A DNA stretch of 51,558 bases from an uncultured Lachnospiraceae bacterium. GTDB lineage: Bacteria; Bacillota; Clostridia; Lachnospirales; Lachnospiraceae. The notes beneath the pieces are model-generated. The model made no database searches, was not told where the DNA came from, and saw nothing but the letters and a program-made list of their open reading frames with translations. Within the stretch, counting starts at the first letter, position 1. Every line of letters begins with the position of its first letter. A program made the translations under genes and the position numbers. Positions 18,253 to 29,746 of this stretch are shown here, piece after piece. The stretch covers positions 1 through 51,558 of the forward strand of contig CAJFOH010000009.1 of the NCBI GenBank assembly GCA_904395845.1, given 5' to 3'.

Positions 18253-19602
18253 ATGTCAAGCAAGGTAACATTTGATTATTCAAAAGCAACTTCATTTATT
18301 AGTAATGAAGAATTACAAAATATGAAGAAATTAACACTTGATGCAAAAGAAGTGTTAGTATCAAAATCTGGTGCAGGAAATGACTTTTTAGGGTGGATTG
18401 ACCTTCCTGTAAATTACGATAAAGTAGAATTTGAAAGAATTAAAAAGGCGGCAGAAAAGATTCGCAAAGACTCTGACGTACTTTTAGTCATTGGTATTGG
18501 TGGTTCTTATTTGGGAGCTCGTGCAGCCAATGAATTTTTAAATCATAGCTTTTATAACAACTGTTCAAAGGAAATGCGTAAAGCTCCTGAAATTTACTAT
18601 GTAGGAAATAGTATTAGTACTACATATATGAAGGATTTAATGGATGTATTAGAGGGTAAGGATTTCTCCATTAATGTTATTTCAAAATCAGGAACAACAA
18701 CAGAGCCAGCCATTGCGTTCCGTATTTTTAAAGAATTATTAGAAAAGAAATATGGAAAAGAAGAAGCAGCTAAGAGAATTTATGCAACAACTGATAAGTC
18801 TAAGGGTGCATTAAAGAGCCTTGCAACAGAAGAAGGATATGAAACATTTGTTGTTCCAGATGATGTAGGTGGAAGATTCTCTGTATTAACAGCAGTAGGT
18901 TTATTACCAATTGCTGCAACAGGTGCTGATATTGACGCATTAATGGAAGGGGCACAAAGTGCAAGAGAACATGCCTTAAATGCACCATTTGAAGAAAATG
19001 ATTCCTTATTATATGCAGCAATTAGAAATATTCTTTTAAGAAAAGGAAAAGTAATTGAAATTACTGCAAATTATGAGCCAAGCTTACACTATGTATCTGA
19101 GTGGTGGAAGCAATTATTTGGAGAGTCTGAAGGAAAAGACCAAAAAGGAATTTTCCCAGCAAGTGTAGATTTAACAACTGATTTACACTCCATGGGACAG
19201 TTTATCCAAGATGGAAGTAGAAATATGTTTGAAACAGTTATTAATGTAGAGGAATCAAGAGAAACATTATATATTGGAGAAGAACCAGTAGATTTAGATG
19301 GTCTAAACTATCTAGCTGGACAAACAGTAGACTTTGTAAATAAGTCAGCTATGAATGGAACTGTGTTAGCTCATACTGATGGAGATGTTCCAAACTTAAT
19401 GGTTCATGTGCCAAAGCAAGATGCTTACTCTCTAGGTCAATTATTCTACTTCTATGAATTTGCTTGTGGGGTATCTGGATATTTATTAGGAGTAAATCCA
19501 TTTAACCAACCAGGAGTAGAAAGCTACAAGAAAAATATGTTTGCACTTCTTGGAAAACCAGGGTTTGAAAAAGAAAGAGAAGAATTATTAAAGAGATTAT
19601 AA
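18253..19602 (+). CDS. pgi: Glucose-6-phosphate isomerase
   Basis: [37 protein letters not shown]. Confidence 0.97.
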   Translation: MSSKVTFDYSKATSFISNEELQNMKKLTLDAKEVLVSKSGAGNDFLGWIDLPVNYDKVEFERIKKAAEKIRKDSDVLLVIGIGGSYLGARAANEFLNHSFYNNCSKEMRKAPEIYYVGNSISTTYMKDLMDVLEGKDFSINVISKSGTTTEPAIAFRIFKELLEKKYGKEEAAKRIYATTDKSKGALKSLATEEGYETFVVPDDVGGRFSVLTAVGLLPIAATGADIDALMEGAQSAREHALNAPFEENDSLLYAAIRNILLRKGKVIEITANYEPSLHYVSEWWKQLFGESEGKDQKGIFPASVDLTTDLHSMGQFIQDGSRNMFETVINVEESRETLYIGEEPVDLDGLNYLAGQTVDFVNKSAMNGTVLAHTDGDVPNLMVHVPKQDAYSLGQLFYFYEFACGVSGYLLGVNPFNQPGVESYKKNMFALLGKPGFEKEREELLKRL

Positions 19603-19674
19603 TAAGATTGCAAATTATGGAATGAAGCAGTTGTAAATACGTTATTCCAATCGTTAGATTGGAAATATAGAGCA

Positions 19675-19712
19675 AAAAATGGATGCTATAAGTGTTTATA
19701 GCATTCATTTTT
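19675..19712 (+). terminator. Intrinsic terminator
   Basis: aaaaatggatgctataa / ttatagcattcattttt. Confidence 0.8.
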
Positions 19713-19813
19713 GATTTTTATAAAGATATGTAACCTTATAAAAAATGGCACATAAGCAATAATATCTTCCTATGTTTTTTATTCTATACAGGTAAAAAAA
19801 CTAGAAAATAGGA

Positions 19814-19842
19814 TAGACAAATGGGTGGAAATTATTTATAAT
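19814..19842 (+). promoter_or_regulatory. SigA-type promoter
   Basis: TAGACA-17-TATAAT upstream of the Cache-GGDEF-EAL gene. Confidence 0.65.
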
Positions 19843-19997
19843 ACATCAGTAAAATAATACATATTACGTATGATATACGAAAGATTTGTATGAAATAAAA
19901 ATATGCAATAACATATGATAGTGTAGGAAGAAAAAAGTGTTTTACAATGTCCACACGAAGTCAAGCTAGGCTAGGTAATACAGAGGAGGATATATTT

Positions 19998-22253
19998 GTG
20001 CAAAAGCAAGCAGTAAAGCAAATAAAAAATTTAAATCGTGTTCTTTTAATGATAGTATATATGTTGTTTGTAGTTCTAATTGGAATTTCCTGCCTAAGAT
20101 ATATTAATAAGAACCTGAGAAGTCAAATGACAGAGTTTCTTGAAATTTTGGCAGAACAAAAAGCAGCTTGGGTAGATAATCAGACGGTAACAAGGGCAGG
20201 AATGATTGAGTATTTGGCAGATGAGCTAGTTTCTAGTGGTTCCTATGATTTTTCAAATGCTATTGATGATGCCAAACGAATACAAGAAGCACTTGGCTTT
20301 TATGAGGTTGCTATTGTAGATAAACAAGGAGATGCTTATACAAGTAACTCTATTATTCAAAATGTTTCTGATATGAAAGTGTTTCAATCAGCCATAGATG
20401 GAGTTCCATACATTAGCGAACTGTTACAAAATAATGTAGATACAAAGGAAGAAACAACTGTTTATTATAGTGTTCCAATTATAGATTATAATAAAGAAGA
20501 TTATATTATAGGTGCATTAATTGTAACAGAAAAGATTGAAGCCTTTACACAGAATGTCAAGCAAAAAGGGATTCAAGAGAATAGTTACACATATATTATT
20601 GACCAGAACGGAGATTTGATAGATGGCATCTTTGACCATGAAGGAAACTTAGTTGAAAATGTTTTTGAAAAATTAAAAACAGATAATAGAAATCAAGATG
20701 CAATTATTCAAATTCGCAGAGGAGTAGAAAATCAAGAAAAGATTAGTCTTACTTACTTTGCTGGTGAAGAAAAGTGTGTCGTTGGTATTCCTTTAAAATT
20801 AAATAGCTGGTATATGATGATGGTAGTACCAAAAAATATTGTTAACGAACAACTTAAAGTGCCATCATATAGTTTAAGTATTTTATTTAGTGTAGTTTTT
20901 ACCATTTCGGATGCAATGTTTTTATACATTATGATTGGGCAAGGAAGAAAACATGATTATCTACAAAATGTTGCCTACATTGACCCAATTACTGGTTTGT
21001 ATAACAAAAGCTACTTAAAAGATAATATGAAAGAAAAAATTTCAGATGCAGGTGGAAAAAAAGCTGCCCTTGTCATCTATAACATTCAAAAGTTTAAAGT
21101 ATTTAATGAATTATATGGAACAGATGTTGGAAATGAAGTAATTGAGTTAATTTCCAATATATTAAAGAAAAGTTTAAAAACAAAGGAAGAGATTGCTCTT
21201 CGTGGCTATGCTGATGAATTTGCTACTTTATTTTTCTATGAAGCAAACGATGAACTAGAAAAGCGTATTAAAAATAATGTAGTAGAGATTCAAAGAGCTG
21301 TATATTCAAAGTTACAAATTATTATTGAGATAGCAGTTGGTATTTATGAAATTGAAGATGTAAGTTATCCATTTGAGCAAATTTACAACTATGCAAACTT
21401 AGCAAAAAATAAAAATAAAGAACTATCTTCTGGAGAGTTAACCTATTATTCAAAAGAGTTAGTAGAGATGGAATTGGATAGAAAGAAGCTAGAAGATAGT
21501 ATTCGTAGAGGAATTGAAAAGAAAGAATTTAAGGCTTGGTTCCAGCCACAATACAATTGCCAGACAAAAGAACTTGTTGGTTGCGAAGCACTAGCACGTT
21601 GGCATACAAGTGATGGTAGAGTACTAACACCATATTACTTTATTGAAGTAAGTGAAAAAAGCTCTCTTATTAGTGAAATTGACCGATTGATTTTTGAAGA
21701 TGTATGTAGACAGATAAAAGAGTGGTTAGATAAAGGACTTCCATGTGTTCCTACCTCAATTAATTTATCAAGAGCATATTTAAATAGTTTAGATATGATA
21801 TATGAATTAAAAAGTATTGTAGATGAGTATGGAATTCCAAGTGAGTTAATACAGCTAGAAGTTACAGAAAGTGCTATTGTTGAAAATGAAAAAGTATTAA
21901 AGCAAATTATTCATCATATGCACAATTTAGGTTTTAAAGTATTGTTAGATGACTTTGGTGTAGGATATTCCTCTCTAATGGCAATAAACTCCATGCAATT
22001 TGATGTATTAAAGGTAGATAAATCTTTTGTTGATGCCATTGATACGAAAAATGGAAAATGTATTATGGAATACACCATTCATTTAGGACGACAGCTTGGA
22101 ATGGATATTGTAGTAGAAGGAGTAGAAATAAAAGAACAATATGACTACTTAAAAACATTTGGAAATATTGCATTACAAGGATACTACTTCTCAAAACCAG
22201 TAGATAAAGAAACAATGGAACAGTTTTTAGAAGAAGAAAAAAATAAGAAATAA
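19998..22253 (+). CDS. Membrane Cache-GGDEF(degenerate)-EAL protein, probable c-di-GMP phosphodiesterase
   Basis: TM-Cache-like-TM; YADEF replaces GGDEF; intact EAL, EVTES, DDFGVG, EGVE, QGYY; likely GTG start at 19998 after GAGGAGG. Confidence 0.88.
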   Translation: MQKQAVKQIKNLNRVLLMIVYMLFVVLIGISCLRYINKNLRSQMTEFLEILAEQKAAWVDNQTVTRAGMIEYLADELVSSGSYDFSNAIDDAKRIQEALGFYEVAIVDKQGDAYTSNSIIQNVSDMKVFQSAIDGVPYISELLQNNVDTKEETTVYYSVPIIDYNKEDYIIGALIVTEKIEAFTQNVKQKGIQENSYTYIIDQNGDLIDGIFDHEGNLVENVFEKLKTDNRNQDAIIQIRRGVENQEKISLTYFAGEEKCVVGIPLKLNSWYMMMVVPKNIVNEQLKVPSYSLSILFSVVFTISDAMFLYIMIGQGRKHDYLQNVAYIDPITGLYNKSYLKDNMKEKISDAGGKKAALVIYNIQKFKVFNELYGTDVGNEVIELISNILKKSLKTKEEIALRGYADEFATLFFYEANDELEKRIKNNVVEIQRAVYSKLQIIIEIAVGIYEIEDVSYPFEQIYNYANLAKNKNKELSSGELTYYSKELVEMELDRKKLEDSIRRGIEKKEFKAWFQPQYNCQTKELVGCEALARWHTSDGRVLTPYYFIEVSEKSSLISEIDRLIFEDVCRQIKEWLDKGLPCVPTSINLSRAYLNSLDMIYELKSIVDEYGIPSELIQLEVTESAIVENEKVLKQIIHHMHNLGFKVLLDDFGVGYSSLMAINSMQFDVLKVDKSFVDAIDTKNGKCIMEYTIHLGRQLGMDIVVEGVEIKEQYDYLKTFGNIALQGYYFSKPVDKETMEQFLEEEKNKK

Positions 22254-22257
22254 ATAG

Positions 22258-22290
22258 ATAGGCATTGCTTGTTTTGTAAGCAATGCCTAT
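22258..22290. terminator. Hairpin between convergent genes, probable terminator
   Basis: ataggcattgcttg / taagcaatgcctat. Confidence 0.7.
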
Positions 22291-22359
22291 TAGTTTATAA
22301 CAGGTAGTTTGTATAGAAATCATAAGTTAAGGTGATATATTAGGAAAGTGTATTTGTTC

Positions 22360-22629
22360 TTATGATTCTTCTATAATTTGAAATTCCAAATAATCAAAAG
22401 AAATAGTTTCTATAAAGCTATCTTGATAAAATCTTGTTTTTCCACTTCGTTTTATATCGGCAATGTTAGAATCTAGCCAAATAGGAATGCTAAGGTCAAA
22501 ATGATAGCACATATCAGATAGAGCAGTTGTAATTTTTTTTGTTCTTGTTAGTTCTGTATTATTAATTTCAATGACAACATCATTTCGTAAACGATTGTTC
22601 TGGAATATTTTTCCCCAAACTCGAAACAT
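22360..22629 (-). CDS. Small hypothetical protein (89 aa)
   Basis: MFRVWGKIF...FDYLEFQIIEE; AAAGGAG RBS on minus strand before ATG 22629. Confidence 0.75.
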   Translation of the reverse strand: MFRVWGKIFQNNRLRNDVVIEINNTELTRTKKITTALSDMCYHFDLSIPIWLDSNIADIKRSGKTRFYQDSFIETISFDYLEFQIIEES

Positions 22630-22946
22630 GAGAGTTCTCCTTTCTTGCGTATATTTTTTGTATGGTATGACCATGTTATAAAGATAGGTGTATATATTTT
22701 AGTATTTCCATCACAATATCAGTACATAGTATTTTCCAAATGTAACATATTATGATAAACATGAAATGTTAACATATCATACTCATATCTACTTGTAAGT
22801 CTATAAAGTACATAGTATCATAGAGATAAGAATCTGTATATATGAAGATTTTTTATAGAAGAAAAATATATTTTACTGTGTATTATAGTTGTTAGCTAGA
22901 AAAATAAATGATAAAATAAAAGTAGTTTATACTGAGGAGGGCTTAC

Positions 22947-24038
22947 ATGGAGCGTTTCATTACAGATAATATAAGTTTTTTAGAGGAAGTAAAAGAAGCT
23001 GTAATTATGTTGGCGCAAGAAAAAGAAACAGAAGCCAAACTAAGATTAGAGCAAAAGAGAATTGAAAAGCTACTAGATATTGAGAAAAAGGCAGTAAAAG
23101 ATGAGATAGATAGAACCATACGAGATAGACAACAGGCGATTATTAGTAGCTATGATAAAGAAATTGCAGTTGCAAAGGAAAAGTTAAAACGATTGCAAAT
23201 AAAGAGAGAAGAAGCAAAAAATATAGGGATTAAAGAAAGAGTAAAAGAAGAAACAAGTGAATTATTAGAAGAAAGAAGAGTGTTAGAAAGTAAATTACAA
23301 ACAATTCCAAAGCAAAATTCTTTGCCAAAGTATTGTACCTCGTTTTTGTTTCACAGCTTATTTTTTCCACAAACAGTTATAGAGTGGATAGTGGCAGTTG
23401 TATTTGTGGTAGGTATCCTAGCAGTGCTTCCCTATGTGATTTATCTATTGCTTCCACAGAACAATCAGTTGATTTTGGCCGGACTTTATAGTGGAATTTC
23501 TTTGCTTTTCTTCACTATCTATGTAATTATAACAAGTAAAGTAAAAATCAAATATATGCAATGCTTAAAGGAAATTGTAGCCATTCGTGGATACATTCGT
23601 TCCAATAAAAAGAAGGTAAAAGTAATTACTCACGCCATTCAAAAAGATAAAGATGAAACCAATTATAATCTTGGAAGTTATAACTATGATATTGCAAAAG
23701 TAGAAGTAGACATTGAGTCTATTGCAAAGAAAAAGCAAGAAGCATTGTCAAAATTTGAGGTAGTAACGAAAAAAGTAATTACGGATGAGATTCGTGATGC
23801 CAATGAAGAAAGAGTTGGCACAATAAAAGAACAATTAGAAGAGGTAAAAAGTCACTTAGAAGAAGTAGAGGAAAAAGTGGCTCAAATGTCTATGTATATG
23901 GCATCTCATTATGAAGGATACTTAGGAAAGGAATTGCTTTCAAAAGATAGAATTGATGCAATTATTCATATCCTTCAAAATGAGAATGTAGATACTATTA
24001 CAGAGGCAATTTCCATTTATCATAACCAAAAAATCTAG
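22947..24038 (+). CDS. Coiled-coil membrane protein, unknown function
   Basis: Long E/K-rich helices flanking two TM segments; GAGGAGG RBS. Confidence 0.75.
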   Translation: MERFITDNISFLEEVKEAVIMLAQEKETEAKLRLEQKRIEKLLDIEKKAVKDEIDRTIRDRQQAIISSYDKEIAVAKEKLKRLQIKREEAKNIGIKERVKEETSELLEERRVLESKLQTIPKQNSLPKYCTSFLFHSLFFPQTVIEWIVAVVFVVGILAVLPYVIYLLLPQNNQLILAGLYSGISLLFFTIYVIITSKVKIKYMQCLKEIVAIRGYIRSNKKKVKVITHAIQKDKDETNYNLGSYNYDIAKVEVDIESIAKKKQEALSKFEVVTKKVITDEIRDANEERVGTIKEQLEEVKSHLEEVEEKVAQMSMYMASHYEGYLGKELLSKDRIDAIIHILQNENVDTITEAISIYHNQKI

Positions 24039-24579
24039 AAAGTCCATAAAAAATACAATCAGCCAAAGACATTACAAGAGAAAGAGGGGTATGATGAAGG
24101 AAAGAGCTATGGAAATTACACTCATCACCTACGATTCCTGTAATCGTAATGTGTCCTACTTCTGGCAAGTCTTTTTCTACACCTAATCCAGGACGAAGAG
24201 AGCGGTTACTTAATGTAATATAGCCTATATGGGAGTTATCTCCAATGGACGCATCAATAGCAATAATAAGAGGATTTTGATATTCCATCTTAATAGTATG
24301 GAGGGTATCTTTTAAATTAATAGCATGTACAGGCGCTTGTAACGTACCAAAGATAGGTACATGAAGAAACTCTTGAATATTTGATAGTTTATATCCAATT
24401 AAAGGCCCTAAGCAATCACCAGTAACACGGTCACTTCCAATACAAAGAAAAAGTATTGGGGAGGGACCGTATTTTTTTTTATGTTCTTCAATTAAAAAAT
24501 TCAGTTGATAGGCAAAAACACCAATGGAAAATGTATCGTCTGCTTTATGATAAAAGGTTGTAAATTTATTACCAATCAT
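23998..24579 (-). CDS. yyaC: Spore protease YyaC family
   Basis: LCIGSDRVTGDCLGPLIG, PVHAINL, IAIDAS, LRPGLGV; start at ATG 24579 after GAAAGGA. Confidence 0.9.
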   Translation of the reverse strand: MIGNKFTTFYHKADDTFSIGVFAYQLNFLIEEHKKKYGPSPILFLCIGSDRVTGDCLGPLIGYKLSNIQEFLHVPIFGTLQAPVHAINLKDTLHTIKMEYQNPLIIAIDASIGDNSHIGYITLSNRSLRPGLGVEKDLPEVGHITITGIVGDECNFHSSFLHHTPLSLVMSLADCIFYGLSRFFGYDKWKLPL

Positions 24580-24734
24580 AGAAAAATCCTTTCTTTTCTT
24601 AATGAATACCAATCACGTTGTAAGTAAAAGATTGGTTTGTGTGTACATTCTTTCCAATATATGACTTAGTTATAACAATCATTAATAATAATTTTAAATT
24701 TAATGGGGCAACTAGGATTTTTTTCTAAAAACAA

Positions 24735-24773
24735 TGTCGATAAATTTTTTATAATCGACACGAAAAATCGGCA
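24735..24773. promoter_or_regulatory. Cluster of Spo0A-box-like heptamers
   Basis: TGTCGAT (+, 24735), ATCGACA (-, 24754), ATCGGCA (-, 24767); each 1 mismatch to TGNCGAA. Confidence 0.55.
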
Positions 24774-24831
24774 AACTTTGGAACAAACTTGTGATAGGAT
24801 AAGCTTAAATTCAAGGAATGGAGAGAGGAAT

Positions 24832-25986
24832 ATGAAACAGAGAGCGCAATTGCCTAAAAATATAAAGCAAGTAGGACAAAAGGACGGAGTTTTTCGTATT
24901 TATTTAGAAGACTATGTGAATACATTTATTAATAAAATAAGGGAATCAGAGGAGGAAAGTAACATTCCTAAAATAGGAATCTTACTTGGAAGTTGTGAAA
25001 CAATTAAGGAACAAGATTGTTGGTTTGTAGATGGTGCCATTGAAATAGAAGGATTATGGAATGGAAATGGAACCATTCAGTTTAGTGCTTCAAAATGGAA
25101 GGAAATAGAAGAAAAAAGAAAACGATATTTCCCAGAGTCTAGTATGTGTGGCTGGTTTATTCATGGAGCAGAAGATGCAAAGCTAGATTTTATTGCATTA
25201 AAACAAACTCACAGAGAATTATTTGCCAATAAAAATAGTTTATTTTTCCTATGTAGAGGAGAGGAAAAAAACTTTTGGGTTGGTTCTGGAAGTGATTTAA
25301 GTGCAAGTCAAGGCTACTATATATTTTTTGAACAAAATCAAAGTATGCAAGAATACATGGTAGAAACAAGGCAGGGAAATAGAGAGATTGCTGTGGAAGA
25401 TACAGCAATTAAAAATTTCCGTACTATTATGGAAGAAAAGAAACAAGGAACAACTAAGACAAATTTAAAACAGTGGTATTCCCTGTTAGCAGGTGCAGCT
25501 GTATTATTAGTAGCCTGTGGAATTGGAATTTCACAATCAGCAAGTAATCCAGTAAAAAAGAATGATACCACACCTGTAGATGCTAATAGTAGTATCCAAG
25601 TTTCGTGGGAAGCAGTTGAAAAAGAAGACCAAAAAGAGTCTAGTAGCTATGTAGCAGGTAACGAAACAATAAAAAGCAGTGAGAAAGTAGGTAGCGAAGA
25701 GGTTTCATTGGAAAAGGATAGTAGCCAACAGGCAAGTAATCAAGTGGTAAATAGTAAAGTAGAAAGTAGTGAAAATAATGCTAAGAAAGAAAGTGATAAG
25801 CAGGAAGAAGAGGTCGTAGGTCAAGTAAGTAAATTAAAAGAGTATGTGATTCAGCCAGGTGATACATTATTATATATTAGTATTGACCACTATGGATCAG
25901 CAGAAATGGTAAAACCAATTTGTCTACTAAATGGGATTACAGATCCAAACCAATTATATATAGGTCAAACAATAAAGTTACCTTAA
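24832..25986 (+). CDS. Membrane-anchored LysM protein with N-terminal MPN/JAB-like domain
   Basis: IYLEDYV, GILLG, CGWF N-domain; one TM; S/E/K linker; YVIQPGDTL...LYIGQTIKLP LysM. Confidence 0.8.
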   Translation: MKQRAQLPKNIKQVGQKDGVFRIYLEDYVNTFINKIRESEEESNIPKIGILLGSCETIKEQDCWFVDGAIEIEGLWNGNGTIQFSASKWKEIEEKRKRYFPESSMCGWFIHGAEDAKLDFIALKQTHRELFANKNSLFFLCRGEEKNFWVGSGSDLSASQGYYIFFEQNQSMQEYMVETRQGNREIAVEDTAIKNFRTIMEEKKQGTTKTNLKQWYSLLAGAAVLLVACGIGISQSASNPVKKNDTTPVDANSSIQVSWEAVEKEDQKESSSYVAGNETIKSSEKVGSEEVSLEKDSSQQASNQVVNSKVESSENNAKKESDKQEEEVVGQVSKLKEYVIQPGDTLLYISIDHYGSAEMVKPICLLNGITDPNQLYIGQTIKLP

Positions 25987-26105
25987 GAATCCATAGAATC
26001 TTGAAAAATAGGTTTGGATAATGTATGTTTCTTATGCTATAATAAATAAATCAAATTAAAATCGTTATCAGCAATTACACCGAGATAGAGAAGAAAGGAT
26101 GTACT

Positions 26106-27365
26106 ATGGATAAAGAAAAGGATTTAATGCGAGAAGAACAAAAAGAAATGCTTCGTCAGCGTGTACTTAATACAAAAGACTTAGAGGAAGAAAGACAATT
26201 ATTAGTAAAAATAAGAAATCATAAAAGAAAAACAAGAAGAAAAGTGATGTTAGCAGTTATGGCAATCATTCTTATGATAGCAGCTTACTTTATTTATGAT
26301 AGGGTAAGAGTCTATCATTCTTATGGAATTGATTGGGAGTTTAGTAATGAAGACTCTAACTCATTACAGTACATATCATTTGGAGATAGTCTATTACAGT
26401 ATAGTAAAAATGGGGCTAGTTATATTAGCCAAAAAGGTGATATTATATGGACTGCGACCTATGAAATGAAACATCCAAAAGCTTATGTGCAAGGAGATTA
26501 TGTTGCCATTGCAGATATTAATGGAACAACAATTGCTATTATAAGCAAAGAAAAAGGGCTAGAGAGTACTATTACAAATTCATATCCAATTTCTAAAATA
26601 GATATAGCAAAGCAAGGAATGGTTGCGGTGGTAGGTGAGGCATCTGAAGTTAGTTACATTAATTATTATCAAAAAGATGGTACACCACTTGATATTGAAA
26701 TAAAAACGCCTTTAGCCACAATGGGTTATCCCCTTAGTATGTCTTTAAGCCCAAGTGGAACTCAGTTAGTAGTATCTTACCTATATGTTTCAGGTGGTAT
26801 TATGAAAAATAAGGTGGTTTTTTATAATATGGATGAAATAGGAGAGTCTTATACAGATCGTTTGGTAGGTGGATTTGAACACTATGCAGAAACAAATACT
26901 ATGGTTGGAATTGTAGAGTTTATTAATGAAAATACAGCAGTTGCATATGGAGATAATAAACTTACCATATATTCATTGGAGAGAAGAGATCAGCCTAGTA
27001 TTGTAACAGAAATTGAATATGCCACACAAGAAGAACAACTTCAAGTGGAAAGTATTTGTTGGGACTCCAATCGTATTGGAATTGTTTTTGTTAATAGCAA
27101 TGATGAAAAGGAACTTCGAGTGTATAACACAAAGGGTAAGTTGCAATTTAAGAAAACATTGGACATTGTATATGATGAAATTTTTATGGTAAATGATTTT
27201 GTTGTTGTATATAATACAGAAAAGTGTACCATTTTAAATAGCGATGGAAGTATTAAGTATAACAATGAATTTGAAGGTGGTATTTCTAAAATGATACCAA
27301 CAAATAGTAGAAGCCAATTTATTTTAATTACTGGTAATAAAGTGTTTGGAATACATTTAAAGTAA
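26106..27365 (+). CDS. Membrane-anchored beta-propeller-like protein (DUF5711-type)
   Basis: Basic N-terminus, single TM, repeated short beta-strand pattern. Confidence 0.65.
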   Translation: MDKEKDLMREEQKEMLRQRVLNTKDLEEERQLLVKIRNHKRKTRRKVMLAVMAIILMIAAYFIYDRVRVYHSYGIDWEFSNEDSNSLQYISFGDSLLQYSKNGASYISQKGDIIWTATYEMKHPKAYVQGDYVAIADINGTTIAIISKEKGLESTITNSYPISKIDIAKQGMVAVVGEASEVSYINYYQKDGTPLDIEIKTPLATMGYPLSMSLSPSGTQLVVSYLYVSGGIMKNKVVFYNMDEIGESYTDRLVGGFEHYAETNTMVGIVEFINENTAVAYGDNKLTIYSLERRDQPSIVTEIEYATQEEQLQVESICWDSNRIGIVFVNSNDEKELRVYNTKGKLQFKKTLDIVYDEIFMVNDFVVVYNTEKCTILNSDGSIKYNNEFEGGISKMIPTNSRSQFILITGNKVFGIHLK

Positions 27366-27392
27366 TGTAAGAGAATATTTTCATAAGAAATA

Positions 27393-27451
27393 AAAAAGTT
27401 GTCTGTAAAACGATACAAACTTTTCAGGTTTTCGTTTGCAGACAGCTTTTT
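27393..27451 (+). terminator. Intrinsic terminator (long stem)
   Basis: aaaaagttgtctgtaaaacga / tcgtttgcagacagcttttt. Confidence 0.7.
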
Positions 27452-27658
27452 CTTTTATAGGAAATGATACAACATAGTGTAGGAAAGTATTATTATCAAT
27501 GGATTTTTACTGAAAGAAAAGCAGGTGGTAATAATTTCCTAGCAAAATATTACAAAAAGTGAGCAATATAAAGAAAAAGAAACGACTTGATAAAAGAAAG
27601 TACCTTTGTTACAATAGGAATTAAGTGATATTAATATATAATTTGTAGGAGGAAAAAT

Positions 27659-29653
27659 ATGTCAAATATTGATATTCAATCGGTAAATGCTATTCGTGTA
27701 TTAGCAGCAGATGCAGTACAAAAAGCAAATTCTGGACACCCAGGATTACCATTAGGTTGTGCAGCAATCGCTTATGAATTATGGGCGAATCATATGAATC
27801 ACAATCCAAAAAATCCAAAATGGAGCAATCGTGACCGTTTTATTTTATCTGGTGGACACGGTTCTACATTATTATACTCTTTATTCCATTTATTTGGATA
27901 TGGCGATTTATCAATCGAAGACTTAAAGCAATTTAGACAATGGGGGTCTAAAACACCAGGACACCCAGAGTTTGGACATACAGTTGGTGTAGAGGCTACA
28001 ACAGGTCCACTTGGAGCTGGTATGGGTATGGCTGTTGGTATGGCAATGGCAGAGGCTCACTTAGCATCTATTTTCAATAAAGAACAATTTCCAGTTGTTG
28101 ACCACTATACTTATGTATTAGGTGGAGATGGATGTATGATGGAAGGGATTTCTTCTGAAGCATTTTCCCTTGCAGGTACATTAGGACTTAGTAAGTTAAT
28201 CGTACTTTATGATTCCAATAAGATTTCTATTGAAGGTTCTACTGATATTGCATTTACAGAAGATGTGCAAAAGAGAATGGAAGCATTTGGTTTCCAAACG
28301 TTAGTAGTAGAAGACGGTAATGATTTGGCAGAAATTGGTGCAGCCATTGAAAAAGCAAAGGCAGATACAACTAGACCATCATTTATTACTGTAAAAACTC
28401 AAATTGGTTATGGTTGCCCTGCAAAGCAAGGAAAGGCAAGTGCCCATGGAGAACCTCTTGGAGTAGATAATGTAGAGGCATTAAAGGAAAACTTAAACTG
28501 GCCATCAAAAGAACCATTCTTTGTTCCAGAAGAAGTATATGCAAATTACAGACAAATTACAGAAGAAAAAGGAAAAAAAGAAGCAGAATGGAATGCATTA
28601 TTTGAAGAATACTGCAAGGCATACCCAGAGATGAAAAAGCTTTGGGACAAGTATCATGATGAAAATGCAGCAGTAGATGCATTAGAAGATGAAGAATTCT
28701 GGGCATATGAAGAGAAAGCAGATGCAACAAGAAACCTTTCTGGAAAAATGTTAAATAAGATTAAAAACTTATTACCAAATATGATTGGTGGTTCTGCTGA
28801 CTTAGCGCCATCTAATAAATCTTATATGAACGATTGTGGTGATTTTTCTAGAGACAACTATGCAGGAAGAAACTTACATTTTGGTGTTAGAGAACTTGCA
28901 ATGGCAGCTATGGGAAATGGTATTGCCCTTCATGGAGGATTACGCACTTATGTAGCAACATTCTTTGTATTTAGTGATTATGTAAAGCCAATGGCAAGAT
29001 TATCTTCTTTAATGGGAGTTCCAGTAACTTATATCTTTACCCACGATAGTATTGGAGTTGGAGAAGATGGTCCAACACATGAACCGATTGAACAATTAGC
29101 AATGTTTCGAGCTATGCCTAACTTCCATGTGTTCCGTCCAGCAGATGCAACAGAAACAGCAGCAGCTTGGTACCATGCAATTACTTCTACAAAGACTCCA
29201 ACTGCCCTTGTACTTACAAGACAAAATCTTCCACAATTAGAAGGTTCTTCTAAGGAAGCACTAAAGGGAGCATATATTTTACAAGATTCTACAAAGGAAA
29301 CTCCAGATGCAATTATTATTGCAACAGGTTCTGAAGTAGAATTGGCAGTAGGAGCAAAGGCAGAATTACAAAAGGAAGGCATTGATGTTCGTGTTGTAAG
29401 TATGCCATGTATGGACGTATTTGAAGAACAATCAGAAGAATACAAAGAATCTGTATTACCAAAGAATGTTCGCAATCGTGTAGCAGTAGAAGCATTAATC
29501 GACTACGGTTGGGGTAAATACGTTGGACTTGATGGAGATACATTAACAATCTCTACATTTGGTGCAAGTGCTCCAGCAAAAATATTATTTGAACAATTTG
29601 GATTTACAGTAGAAAATGTTGTAGCAAAAGTAAAAGGTGTTGTAAATAAATAA
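27659..29653 (+). CDS. tkt: Transketolase
   Basis: [23 protein letters not shown] ThDP motif, [11 protein letters not shown]. Confidence 0.98.
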   Translation: MSNIDIQSVNAIRVLAADAVQKANSGHPGLPLGCAAIAYELWANHMNHNPKNPKWSNRDRFILSGGHGSTLLYSLFHLFGYGDLSIEDLKQFRQWGSKTPGHPEFGHTVGVEATTGPLGAGMGMAVGMAMAEAHLASIFNKEQFPVVDHYTYVLGGDGCMMEGISSEAFSLAGTLGLSKLIVLYDSNKISIEGSTDIAFTEDVQKRMEAFGFQTLVVEDGNDLAEIGAAIEKAKADTTRPSFITVKTQIGYGCPAKQGKASAHGEPLGVDNVEALKENLNWPSKEPFFVPEEVYANYRQITEEKGKKEAEWNALFEEYCKAYPEMKKLWDKYHDENAAVDALEDEEFWAYEEKADATRNLSGKMLNKIKNLLPNMIGGSADLAPSNKSYMNDCGDFSRDNYAGRNLHFGVRELAMAAMGNGIALHGGLRTYVATFFVFSDYVKPMARLSSLMGVPVTYIFTHDSIGVGEDGPTHEPIEQLAMFRAMPNFHVFRPADATETAAAWYHAITSTKTPTALVLTRQNLPQLEGSSKEALKGAYILQDSTKETPDAIIIATGSEVELAVGAKAELQKEGIDVRVVSMPCMDVFEEQSEEYKESVLPKNVRNRVAVEALIDYGWGKYVGLDGDTLTISTFGASAPAKILFEQFGFTVENVVAKVKGVVNK

Positions 29654-29678
29654 CAATGCATTAAAAAATAAATATTAA

Positions 29679-29726
29679 AAAAAGGGGTAGTCACACTATT
29701 TTTTAGTGTGATTGCCCCTTTATTTT
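29679..29726. terminator. Bidirectional terminator between tkt and aroA
   Basis: aaaggggtagtcacacta / tagtgtgattgccccttt with A-run before and T-run after. Confidence 0.85.
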
Positions 29727-29746
29727 TAAAAGTCAAATACTCCCTT

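Noticed and set aside
22721-22818. 12-bp direct repeat AGTACATAGTAT 86 nt apart in a divergent intergenic region
   Set aside because: Only two copies, AT-rich, with no enclosed element; cannot be distinguished from chance
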